This document shows, in pieces, positions 12,355-23,565 of a stretch of DNA of 64,000 bases. The notes beneath the pieces are model-generated. The model made no database searches. It was not told the DNA's origin and saw nothing but the letters and a program-made list of their open reading frames with translations. The stretch comes from Vicugna vicugna. Taxonomy: Eukaryota. Position numbers and translations under genes: made by a program. Where the stretch lies: the NCBI GenBank assembly GCA_013265495.1, contig MU059820.1:3198948-3262947 (forward strand), in the 5' to 3' direction. How positions within the stretch are numbered: the first letter of the stretch is position 1; every line of letters begins with the position of its first letter.

Positions 12355-14302
12355 CTGAAGGAAACAAGACTAGGGCAGGAGAGACGGGGGTGCTGCTGCA
12401 GAGGGGGCCTCGGTAAATTCAGAGATCCCAGAACAGGGAAACGCTTAGCAGTGCCTTTGCGGGGTGACGCGACTGCTGGGTGTTCCTGGTCCTGCCACGG
12501 AATCCGCCCACACATCCCTATGGCGTATGAAAGTTCAGCCTGAAGGGGAAAAAAAACACCCTGCACAGTTGACAGTATTAATCCAAGTTTAACTAAATAC
12601 AGCAGTTTCCAAGAGCACATTTTGGCCATTTCACGCCCACAAACACCCGGCCTAAGCAGTTGGTGGGGAATCCTTGTGGAGCCAGGGTAGGTAACCCTGC
12701 TGGGTCCCTGTCACCTTCACGGCACCACCCCCAAGAGCTGCACCACGACGTGTCAACCTTGCCTAGCGGTTTGTCTCCAAGATCTTACTTGACGAAGTGG
12801 TAAGCTGTCAGGACCACACGCAGAAGCGACTGGACAGCAACCTTCCCTTCTGAGCCACGCTGCCCGTCTGAGGCTCCGGGCACCAGCGACGACACGGGTT
12901 TTCCTCCAAGGTTGTAAGCACATGTGGCTCCCATCACTGTGGTCTCGTATTCATTCTGTGTTTAGACCACTCGCCTCGCACGTTCTCATATTTACACATG
13001 TTCATGGAACATAACCCCAAGTGAATTATTTAAGAAAGCTTAATGTGCTTCAGGCTTCTCCGATATAATTTAGACTTTAGATTAAATCTGTACTCCCACA
13101 GGACAGCGGTGTGTTGACCGCAGCGGACGGCACTGAGCGGACAGGCAGCAGATCTTGGAACAGAACTTCGGTTACCTTGACAGGATCTCACCTGGAGGCC
13201 AGGGCTCCAGGCTGAACCACACAGGACTGGGCTGCAGAACGTAACTTGTTGCCTCTCTTGGAAAACAGCAAAGCCGACCCTGCCCAACGCCAATGTTCTC
13301 ACACGCGGGTTTATCCCACGCTGACCTAAAATGAAGCGCCCCGGCCATGAGAGATGTGCGATGCACAGACTAGAACACAAAGCCACGTTTGTTACTTTTG
13401 AGTTTTCTGGGTTGTTTTTTTTTTTAGTAAATTGCAATATTCTTTCTCCTTTCAGGATCTGGTTGTCAATAACTGGCCTGAATTAGGTGTTAGATTCTGT
13501 CCAGCAAACTAAAGTTCAGAAAAGGCACCCCTGTTTCATTTACCAGTTGTGTTTTATTTACGGTTTAAGCACCGCCACCAGGAAAATAAACCAGAACAAG
13601 GGAGTGAAGTTCCCTCCTGCACGAGCAGGAATGAACACAAACTACCCAGGAAGATGCACAGAAAGGCACAGCCGGGAACTCCAGTGTCACAGCGGGAGGG
13701 AAGGGCCTGCACTGGACGCGGTCTGCCACCACCAAGTCGTGTGAACGTGCGCTCTGAGAAGCTAATCTGCCGCAGCCCGTCGGACGGCTATCCTCTCTTT
13801 CTCTGGGATTCTAGCACCTCAAGCATGCTATTCTTCAAAACGATCAATTGTATGAGACTCAAGACTCTGTCCACATGCAAAATGAGACACACGTCATCGC
13901 ACGGGACCATCCTTAAAAAGGGAAAACTCAAATAAGATGTTTATGCATGAAGCTGTCAAAGCGTGATTCCAACAAAAGCAGCACTGTTTGTCACCACGCA
14001 TGCCAAGTTTCAGTCTGCAAGCAGATATTTGGTTTTGCCTTTTAAAAGCAGGAAGTGAGTCAACAGGAAACCATATATACACGATCCCTTGAATTGGAAA
14101 ACTGCAGATTTAATACTGAACATACCACGCCAGCATTCACTTTTCTACTGCTCTCATATCTGGTTCCGGCGCGATCTATGGGGTGATATCGCCAAGGGAG
14201 ATACGAAGTCACAAAACTTCTATGCCTGTGATCAAGTTACAGAGCAGACTTCACGGTGACTGATTATATTAAAGCTGAGCTCCTATGCGGAGCATTCTCG
14301 AC

Positions 14303-14616
14303 CTGCACTGCTCAATACAGTAGCCACCAGCCATGCATGGTCACTGAGCCTGTGAAACGTGGCCAGTCCAAATAAGGAGGTGCTGGATGTGTAAATACAC
14401 TGGATTTTGAAGATTCAATATAGAAAAAAATGTAAAACAGCGCATTAATATTTGTATGTTGATTACGTTTGAAGTGATGATATTTTGGACATGCTGTGTT
14501 ACATGAAATTTTTTATCAACATTAATCCATTCTGTTTCTTTTTCTGTTTTTAACGTGGCTACTAGAAAATTTAAAACTACACAAGGCTCATGTTCTGTTT
14601 CCTTTGCCCAGCACTG
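14303..14616 (-). mobile_element. MER33-like hAT-Charlie MITE
   Basis: Degenerate inverted ends 'ctgcactgctcaatacagtagccaccagcc' and 'ttgcccagcactg'. Internal 'gtggctactagaaaatttaaaact' matches the MER33 consensus as I recall it. Confidence 0.75.
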
Positions 14617-14744
14617 CTGTGACCTTCCACCGACTCTGCCTCTGTGTCACCCTGGTCCCTTCTTGTTCCTTCTGCCTGTGGACCCTCTGCTCTGACCAAG
14701 AGAACTCCCCGCAGCCACGGGGATCCATGCACAGGCCCCAGAGT

Positions 14745-14890
14745 CAACCCACCTGGGTGCTGCTCCCGCTCTGACTAGCCATGTCGCTTGGGGCACGTCA
14801 CTTAGCACTCCTGAGCCTCACTCTGCTACTCTGGAAAATGGGGGCCACGAGGCAGCTCTTTCACAGGGCCGTGGTGAGGATGCCCTGGGT
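14745..14890 (+). mobile_element. MIR SINE remnant
   Basis: 'gctctgactagccatgtcgcttggggcacgtcacttagcactcctgagcctcactctgctactctggaaaatgggg' resembles the MIR core. Confidence 0.6.
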
Positions 14891-17800
14891 CAATAGGTCT
14901 CCCATATCTGTGCCACCTGGTGATGTTAAGGTCAGTGACTAGGTGCCAAACATCACATCTCCCTTCCCTTCTGCAAGATGACTTTATTCCCGGTCTTTTC
15001 ACTTCACGTTCAGGTCACTGAAACAGGTGTCCAGGTTGGTCCCTTCAAAACCAGAGGTCGGGCAGTTTCTGCACCATGTGATCCAGCTCCCAGGTGGCAC
15101 CTCCCGACTCCAAGCACTAGCAGGGCCTGACTCCCCCAACTCCTGCCAAATGCTGCCCTCCTCCCTGCCCCTCTCGAGCCAACGTACGTCACAGTGCACC
15201 CCAATGCACCCCAGTGCATTTCCCCATCTTCCTGGGAGGTGGTCTAGATCACTCTTTGATGTATGATTCTTATGAAGTGGACTGTTTTATTTACACTCCA
15301 TCTTGTTCCATAAAACTATTTAAAGTGATCTCCGAGGACATACACAATATAACCAAAGTTTTTTTAAAAAAATTCAGAAGTAGATGCAAAATAAAGAAGA
15401 GAGATGAGGCTAAGGAGAAGCAAGGGTAAGAAGATGGAGAGGAGCGAAGGAGGCGGGAGCCCCCCGAGCCGGCCACGGGGTCCCACACACGTGCTGGAGC
15501 GGGGGCACACACAGGACCCCGCTGCGTGTCCAGTTGCGATGACTCCTGACGCTAAGGCTGAAAATGAAGTTCTCCCCAGAGTCTGTAAGGGAGAAGGGCC
15601 CACAGCTGCCCTACAGTGAACACGGGGGCGGGCTAGGCCGTGGGCCCCAACGCGGAGCATCCAAGAACCCAGGGACCACTGCCTCCATCCCTGCACAGCC
15701 CGGGGCCCCAGCTCCCTGTCACACTGGCCTGGCGCAAGCATGTGGCACTGCTGAACGTGCCACTCTCGTTGGCCTGTACATTCACCCCTTTCTGGTGCTC
15801 ATGGCCTGTGCTTTTACCCACTTCTAGATTCCACGGCCTGTGCACTTTCTAGATTTCAGGTCCTGAAGGCAGGACCCGAGGCTTCCCCACAGTGCCTGGC
15901 AGGGCGTGTGGCACTGAAAGGTCGGCCGGCCTTTCCCCGGTACAGTTGGCACTTCTAGTTTCTTCCTGGCGCTTGCCCTCCTGTGACTCAGAACACCCCT
16001 CCTCGGCTGGAATCCTGAACCTTCCAAGCCTGGGGCAAAGCTGACCGCAGCCGGCCTCTGCCCACTCGGCCCTCCCCGCGACCTCCCGCACGAATTTCCA
16101 CCTGTGGGTGCTCAGCCCGAGGACGCTGCCTTCACACTGAATGCTGTTAGCTCTCTGGTGTGGAAAGGGCTGGAGTTTTGATTACATGTTGTCAATACAT
16201 CTAGTTGAGCAGAGAATAATTCAGGCAGGCCACTCGCGCTGAAGTCAGACAGGCGGACAGGCGCGCTCCACGCTAGAATGTTCTGGCTTTTCCATTACAT
16301 TTGCTTTTCTAATCTCTAGATGTGCCCAGTGCCTTAAGAGTCCCTGCGTGATCCATGTCCCCATCTCTGAGGACAGTGCTCTCATTTCATAGGTGATCAA
16401 TACGTTTTGACTAAGAACTGTGTTTCCAGGTTGCTCAAATTGAATAAAGAAAAGTCAACATGATTTAATGCTTAATTTTTGCAAAGAAAAGTTTATACGG
16501 ATCCAGAATGTAGCTCCAGATGCGATTTTAACATCTACACAAACGTAACCCTTGTCTGCCTCCCGGTAGTTTACTGTGAGCTCTGCCTTCTGATGGGATG
16601 ATTTTCTGGACTTGGAGTCCACTGTTACGATTTGGGCACCTAGTACGTAGTTTACAATTTGGGTACCGAGTACGTAGGATAAATTGCTCTGCTGGGGCGT
16701 TCTGTTTAATCACCTATACGTACAGGGCTTAGAAAACCGCAAAAATCAATGGATTTTATCATGAGAGAGGATTATAAGCCACTTCAGAACTGACACTCTT
16801 TCAACTGTGAAACCCTCTCACCTTGACTCCTCAGCCAGCAAGCAACAAACCCTTCCTCTGTTTCAGTGGCAGGGCTCGGGGTGGACTTTCAGAACTTACA
16901 GTAAATGCTGGTAACATGCTGACCTAACATCTCTTCTCCAGAAAAAAACTCACGCTATTCCCTGGATTTGATCTTTCCTGTCACTATTTCTATTTTAAAA
17001 CTCTGTAATGTTTACTGCCAGGGTCAAATAGCCTAAGAAATACTTTTCGATACAGCAGGAGCGAATTTTCCCTCCACTTTCCCTTATTCTGTCATCTTGC
17101 TGCTGTAACTTGCACTCCAAAAAAAAGAGCAAGCTTTGCACAAGACAGGTTTAAATGCTGTGTGATTATAGACTCAGATTCGTAAATCCAACAGCAGGCT
17201 CACATCAGCTCTGTGAGGTTGGATAGCATTTGAATGAGCAGCCATTTAAAGTATGAGATCTTCTTAAAATGTTCCTAAGCCGCCAACTGGTTTCTTCTCT
17301 AAATGTTTTTACCTCGTTTCCTAATAAAAGAAATCTCAGCTTTCTAATGCATTTAATTTAAAGTTTGATGTTGAGATTGCAAGTGTGCGTGGTTTGTGTT
17401 TCCAAACATCCCATTTTACTAGCACACACTTCAGCTATTATTTAGTTCAGCTTAATTCTATGTATATCCCAGGTAAGAATCCTGAATCTGTCCTTGGTCA
17501 CTCGTGGGGTCCCAAGTTTCACCTGCCTACGTGGCGCCTCCATCATCCCCTCCCTCCCACCAGGTTCTGAATGACAGTTTCGTTCAGTCTCTCCTCAGAA
17601 GCCCGAGCTCCTCATTCACTCCCACACATGCAGAATTCCAAGCGTCAGCACAGATGAGGGACCAGCACCTTTCCCCTTGCCAATTCCAATCAATGTGTTA
17701 TATTAACACAATGGATAGTTAACAGACATAGTAAGATTTCTGAAGTTCTCCTGCTGTTCAGAAGAGTGCGAAGTCTGATGGCCAGCTGAGTCCAGACAGA

Positions 17801-19785
17801 AAGGTGAACATCAGTAACCCATTTCCACGATGCAGTTTACAACTTTTCACAAACTCATACATCCTCAAGGCGGTCACACAGACTTCCCTGCCTGGAGTGC
17901 AGAAAAACATGCACACTCCAACTTTGTCTGTCTTTTGCTTTGCAGCTTAACGACTTCAGGAAAGCACCCCCAACCCACATTTCTACTCCATCCCAGAGAA
18001 AACGAATCTCCCCACCAAAAACGGAGACTCGCTCAGTGGAAACATGACAACATGAGGACGTCACCAACATCACCACACAGGGGTCAACCTGCTTTGCTCC
18101 CTGCACTCGAACTGAGGTGCAAACACTCTTCTTCATGTTTAAATAAAGATCTGGGAAACTGTCTTGAACCCTTAATCCAGTGAAGATCAGGGGCTCCTGT
18201 TTTTGAAAAGTCACCACAGATGTGCCTATCCTCTTTCCTACCCCCCGAGGGGGTCTGTTCTCCCCCCTGGAGTAGGTTTTCCTGGGGGGATAATGATGGA
18301 AATACTATTAGTAAGAAAAGGAACCCCATATGGGACACCAGCGCGGGAAAATCTCATTCCTACTAAAACTTCAAAATTACAGGGGATGCTGCAAGGGCAG
18401 GCGGCTACAGATCCGGGTTCTAGAAACCCTGAGGCGTGCTAACGGCCCGTCCTACATCAGGCCGCACATCTAGTTCTCTAGGATTATGATTTTAGCAAAT
18501 TAATTCAAAAGGTGGATTTTACAAAACACTCTGAGGCTACTTCAGTCTTCTCACGCAGCCATACTCAACTTCCTTCACACAAGCTTCAGAATGTGCACTG
18601 AGTCAGGGCAACTGAACCCCTTACTTTCATTGTTAAATTACTGTTTCTCATACGCAATCAGGGTCTTCCGGATTATGACGTGCCACTACAAAAATAGAAG
18701 AACTTAAAAGTTACTTTAACTCTGAAGCTCAGAGCCAGTGCTCCGTTTTGAGATGCACCCTTTAATTACTTGGTGTCGTCTACATCTTACTTACACTTAA
18801 ATTTAGCCGAGTAATTTTAGGTCACCCGCCTTCACTGCCTTCCCTAGATTTTCAGTGTTACAGACACGAGGCACCAAATCCTCTCTCTTTTCAACACAAA
18901 AATGTTTAGAATAAAAGGCGAAAAGTCAAAAGGACAACATCTCCCGCTGGCTATTTTGAAAAAGTGGTTCCGAAGATAGTCCAGCCCTTGGAAACTTCTG
19001 TTGTTTTTATCTACAGAGTAACTGTTTTGAATCCACAGATGTGTTGAGAAGGTGTTTATTAACAACGTATAAAGGACAACTGTGAGGGTACAAGTGAGGG
19101 TACAAACAGGTAACAATGAAGATGCTACCATGATACCAACAATACAGGGGGGCTGGCAGACCCCATGGGTGAGGAGCACCAACTACTGCAGGGACTTTCA
19201 AAGTCCTCCCAAAACTCCAGCTCCCACTGCTGCCACTAGGTATCAGAATTTTCTGAAATTGGGTCCAAAATCTTTGAATACCTCTGATGCATCAGCTTGT
19301 TTTTCTTACAGATGCTACTTCAAAGGTTTGAAGAGTTTCCAATTCAAGGTGCAGCTCATAAACAAAGGCTGTATTTTGAAGGACAACACCCTTCAGGGAA
19401 TGTCCAAGTACCCTTACACACTGGGGAAAGAAGACGAACCACTCTGCCTTCTCCTCCTCACTAGAAAAGCCTGCCTGGGAAGCTAAGGGTGATAAAGCCA
19501 GGAGGTGACAAAGAGACCTGCATTTAGAGAGACTGACTCCCAGCTTAAACTGAGAACTGACTCGCAGCATCAAATGCTGGGATTCTGCCCATAACGACCT
19601 CCTTCTGATCCAGGCTGCCTGGACCACATCTTGCGTCCCAGGCTCCGGCAGTCTCATTAGAAGCATGTAGGTGTCTCTATATTGACACCTCTTGAATGGA
19701 GTTCTGTGGAAGAGCGGGCAACACTAACATTTATTCAACGTGACAGTGTCTCCCCATCCTCTCTTATCATACGACTGAGGCTGAC

Positions 19786-19882
19786 CTGCTATGGCTTTTC
19801 ACCGGGGAACAGGAAGATTTTAGAAACATTAGCTCCTCTGTCTTGCGAAGAAAGGAACCCCCCTTTTTATTATTTTTGGTTG
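19786..19882 (-). other. Candidate second exon (97 nt if the CAG|GTCAGC donor is used; could extend to about 18791)
   Basis: Acceptor cttattttttttcttgttaactgtccttaaacag|CAACC with a TTAAC branch-point-like site. Donor CAG|GTCAGC at 19786/19785 is moderate; alternative donors lie at 18795/18791. Confidence 0.5.
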
Positions 19883-21864
19883 CTGTTTAAGGACAGTTAA
19901 CAAGAAAAAAAATAAGAGCTAATATTAATTTTTTTAAGCTGAAAGTTTCCTATTACCTACTTACAAGATATGCTATATTCCACAGATGCACAATATATAA
20001 CATTTTCGAATACAGTATGTAAGCTAAAAATCAATGTTGACATCTTTCGGAAATGCTTCACATCTAACTTATGTATCTGGCACTCCACTGGGATCTCAGC
20101 TCTTACCACAAATAAAATAACTGATTTTTAAGAGATCAGCAATTCAACACGATTTTTCCTTAACGCCAAAACAAAACAGAAGAAGTGGAGGAGGGAATGT
20201 TTATAAACGCATGTACATGCAGCCTTATAACATAATCCAGCCAATGGGAAACAAGAATTTTCAAAAATTTAGCTAAAGAAGGCACATCAGATCAAATCAC
20301 CAAGAATTCATTATGCAGTAACAGATACATGGAAAATAATATCTCACAATTCTCCCTTGAATTTTTAAAAATAAAATGAAGCAATTATAAAGCATTAGAA
20401 GAGCGAAGAAGCTGAAATTTGAAGTGTAACTGGAATTATATATTCCTAAGCAAATAACTCAAAAAGATGTAATACCCATTTGCTAGTTTAATTTCCAAAA
20501 GTCACCGACAAATGGCAGCCAGGGATACCAAACCGCAAACAGCATTTGTGATGCGTTAGCACTCCCAAAGCCTTTCTTTGGAATTAAAAAAACTTGGCGT
20601 ATTAGCCACAAGTTTGCACAGCTCGCCCTGTTTCCGCTAGCATTGTAATTTCAGCGGCATGATTAGCTTATTCATAATTTGGCACACGGTGAGTTAATTT
20701 ATCTAGTTGGGTTTTAATGGAACTTCTATTGCCTGGTCTTCCCTACTGGTGAAGAGCCAGCGTAGGCTGCTGCTGGCAGAGCAAGGGTTAATCCCAGGAA
20801 TGTGCCAGTACTCTGCGTGATAAGGTGATGGGGAGCCCAGGCCGGTTAAAGGCGCTAAACTATTTGGACAGAATTGAAAATACTCAAAAATAGCCCCAGT
20901 GGTAAATAAACTGTGCCCTATGCATGTCACCCGGGGAAGACTAAAACAAAAATAAAAATAAAAATAAATATTCACATTGAAAGTTTTCTGAACTATAGAA
21001 GCTCCAGAAACACGCAGGGTGGGAAATCTGTGGCACAGATGAATGTGTTCTTTTGAAGAATAAACGAAACGATCTTTACATCAACGAAGAATTGTATTAA
21101 GCTCGCATCTGCATTGAAATCGTTCATCCATTTTATTGGGCAGTTAGTCTGCTATCAATAATAACATCTAAATCTTACGCTTTAATATGTTAAAAGTAAT
21201 TCTATGCAGTACCTTTTGTAAAACGTCTATCCGATATGAAATCGTGATAAATGGATGACGGATTTCAGTCAGAAACGAAGAAGGCTAGCTGATTTTTAAA
21301 AAATACACGCTACATTTTTAAACATGCCAAGTTTGCCAATCTGTGGCAAACTGTAAAACACATCAACACAGCAGCTGCGGGCTGAAGTGTCAGAAGGTGA
21401 AAAGGCAGAAAAGTGGAAAAAACGGAGACGGAGCCCGGGTCTGCGAGCGCGCGGCGAGAGCGCCGTCGGAGGGCGAGTCCACGCACAGGCCGACCCACCC
21501 GCAGTGACAGCCACGCCCGCACCTGGGCTCTACTTTCAGCCGAGCGTGGGCTTTAATTCAACCCTTATTTCCACTCCAGACCACAAATAACCTCTTGCTG
21601 GATGCCCCAGACGAGGCCCCGCGGTTTGCTTTCCCGGCCCGCGCCGCCGGCCGGGTCTTCGCTCCCCTCCATCCGTCCCCGACCGCGCGCGCCTTCTGAG
21701 GACCCGGGCAATGACGAGCCGTCCCTCCCAGCGTCACACATCCCACCTGTCCCACGAGCCGCCGTCGGAAGAGCCAGGCCACCCCGCCACCACCGTCCCC
21801 GCCGCCGCCGCCGCCTCCCGCGTGGGAGCCGGGCAGGGCAGGGCGCGCGGGGCGCGGGACTTAC

Positions 21865-22500
21865 CCGGAGGCCAGCGCCGCCGTCGGGGGAGGGCGTGTC
21901 CGCGCCCGCGTGTGCCCGCGCGCGTGCCTGGCCGTGGGCGCCGAGCCGGGCGGCACTGACTCCCTGGGCGCCGACGGGCTCAGCCCATGGTGTGGGCGCC
22001 GGCCTCCGGGAGGCTGCGGCTCCCGCCAATCGCCGAGCAGGGCGGCCGCCCCGACGCGCGACTCGCGATCCCGGAGTGCGCGCCGGGGGCGGGGCGGGGG
22101 CGCGCGGGCCCCAGGGCGCGGGGGCTGCGAGCGCGCGCGAGCGAGGGTTCAGGTACGCGTGGATGTCCGCGCGCGCGCGTGGGGCTGCGAGCGCGCGTGC
22201 CCGTGGCGCGCCCTCGGGCCGGGGAGCGCGGGCGGCGCGGGCGGCGCGGGCGGCTCTGGACGCTGCTCGGGTTTAGGACGCGGCTGGCGGCTCGGAGGAG
22301 GAAGAGGAGGAGGAAGAAGGGGAGGAGGAGAAGGAGGAGGAGCGCAGGCTGGGACGCAGTGAGCCCGAGTCCAGACCCCGGCGGGAGACGAACCCAGGAC
22401 GCGCCTCCAGGAGGAGAGAGGAGCGAGGACCGTAGAGCAGGCGAGGGGAGGGGAGGGACAGGGAGGTGGGGGCAGCCGCAGAGGTGTTTGCTCTACGGAA
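21865..22500 (-). other. Candidate first exon 1b (non-coding leader; TSS approximate)
   Basis: Pyrimidine-rich (TCC)n leader on the minus strand ending in the canonical donor CTCCGG|GTAAGT. A weaker alternative donor CAG|GTGGGA lies at 21747/21746. Confidence 0.6.
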
Positions 22501-22974
22501 CTCACTGAGAAGTAAATTTTCCCTCCCAGCCTCGGTCGTTGCACACATTAAAAAAAAAAATTTAAGCTAAAACTGGTTGTTTCGGCAGTTTAAAATGACC
22601 ACCGAGTGCCTTCGATGCTGATCAGAATAAAGATGCCGTTGCCTTCAGGCTAATGAAGAGACGCGGTGCCAGGTGCCGCTGGCTTTAATAAGACCCGGAG
22701 TCACTACCTGCGCGTCCAGAGAGAGCGTCGGGACGGGATGGGGGAGGCTCAGGAGGAGCAGGGTGCGGTCTGGAGGATGCCACGAAATCCAGGAGACACC
22801 CCGGCCTGACGGACAGACGCGGTGACAGCAGCCCTCGTGAGAACAGTGTCCTCAAGATACTGCCTCCAAAAGGAGGAGTCGCGAAGTTGGGCTCATCCGC
22901 CTGGGGGACACTGTACAAAGCCCCTCCACATGCTGTAGTTTGTAAGTGAATTCTGACATAAAAATCACGCTTAC

Positions 22975-23097
22975 CTGAGAGCTGCTGCTCTTCACTCATG
23001 TCCCGCGGGGGCCGTCGCGGCGTCCCTGCGTGATGGCTAGGAGCCCATCCCAGAGCGTCCGCTCGCAGACTCTCCCCTTTCCAACCAAGTGAAAACT
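22975..23097 (-). other. Candidate upstream alternative first exon 1a (5' part hidden in the gap)
   Basis: CpG-rich sequence ending in the strong donor CTCTCAG|GTAAGC. Contains GACATGA at ATG 22999-22997. Confidence 0.45.
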
Positions 23098-23565
23098 NNN
23101 NNNNNNNNNNNNNNNNNNNNNNNNNNNNNNNNNNNNNNNNNNNNNNNNNNNNNNNNNNNNNNNNNNNNNNNNNNNNNNNNNNNNNNNNNNNNNNNNNNNN
23201 NNNNNNNNNNNNNNNNNNNNNNNNNNNNNNNNNNNNNNNNNNNNNNNNNNNNNNNNNNNNNNNNNNNNNNNNNNNNNNNNNNNNNNNNNNNNNNNNNNNN
23301 NNNNNNNNNNNNNNNNNNNNNNNNNNNNNNNNNNNNNNNNNNNNNNNNNNNNNNNNNNNNNNNNNNNNNNNNNNNNNNNNNNNNNNNNNNNNNNNNNNNN
23401 NNNNNNNNNNNNNNNNNNNNNNNNNNNNNNNNNNNNNNNNNNNNNNNNNNNNNNNNNNNNNNNNNNNNNNNNNNNNNNNNNNNNNNNNNNNNNNNNNNNN
23501 NNNNNNNNNNNNNNNNNNNNNNNNNNNNNNNNNNNNNNNNNNNNNNNNNNNNNNNNNNNNNNNNN
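23098..23565. other. Assembly gap (468 N)
   Basis: Run of N adjoining the CpG island. Confidence 1.

Larger units (their letters stand above)
1..23097 (-). other. 5' portion of an unidentified minus-strand RNA Pol II gene (promoter, leader exons, first introns); continues beyond the window start
   Basis: CpG island at 21.4-23.1 kb. Canonical minus-strand donors CAG|GTAAGC (22975/22974) and CGG|GTAAGT (21865/21864). Strong minus-strand acceptors at 19883, 12355 and 10914. The L1, SINE and LTR copies in 1-9 kb are all on the + strand (antisense to the gene, typical of introns). The plus strand looks A-rich by eye. No recognisable CDS. Confidence 0.7.
21400..23097. promoter_or_regulatory. CpG island promoter (probably continues into the N-gap)
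   Basis: Very high GC and CpG density, core about 21600-22450. GC boxes GGGGCGGGGC at 22086-22095. (GGA)n purine tract at 22294-22342. Confidence 0.95.

Noticed and set aside
19082-19105. (GTGAGGGTACAA)x2, and similarly the 10-bp triple repeat at 15192-15221
   Set aside because: Short local slippage duplications with no further structure.
19292-19666. 124-aa ATG-initiated minus-strand ORF (MLLMRLPEPG...) just downstream of the exon-2 acceptor
   Set aside because: Weak Kozak contexts, no recognisable domain, and only exonic if exon 2 extends past the 19786 donor. Would need RNA evidence.
21558-22548. Multiple 74-224 aa ORFs in the CpG island
   Set aside because: They occur in all frames on both strands, are Ala/Arg/Gly/Pro-rich, and several start at non-ATG codons. 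This is the expected stop-codon scarcity in extremely GC-rich DNA.
19786-23097. Gene-symbol guesses based on exon spacing (ADNP, ZBTB43, ZNF532, KIAA0232, RESF1)
   Set aside because: None could be confirmed from sequence. ADNP is excluded because the neighbouring DPM1 exons are not seen upstream. The others rest only on vague recollection of exon spacing.
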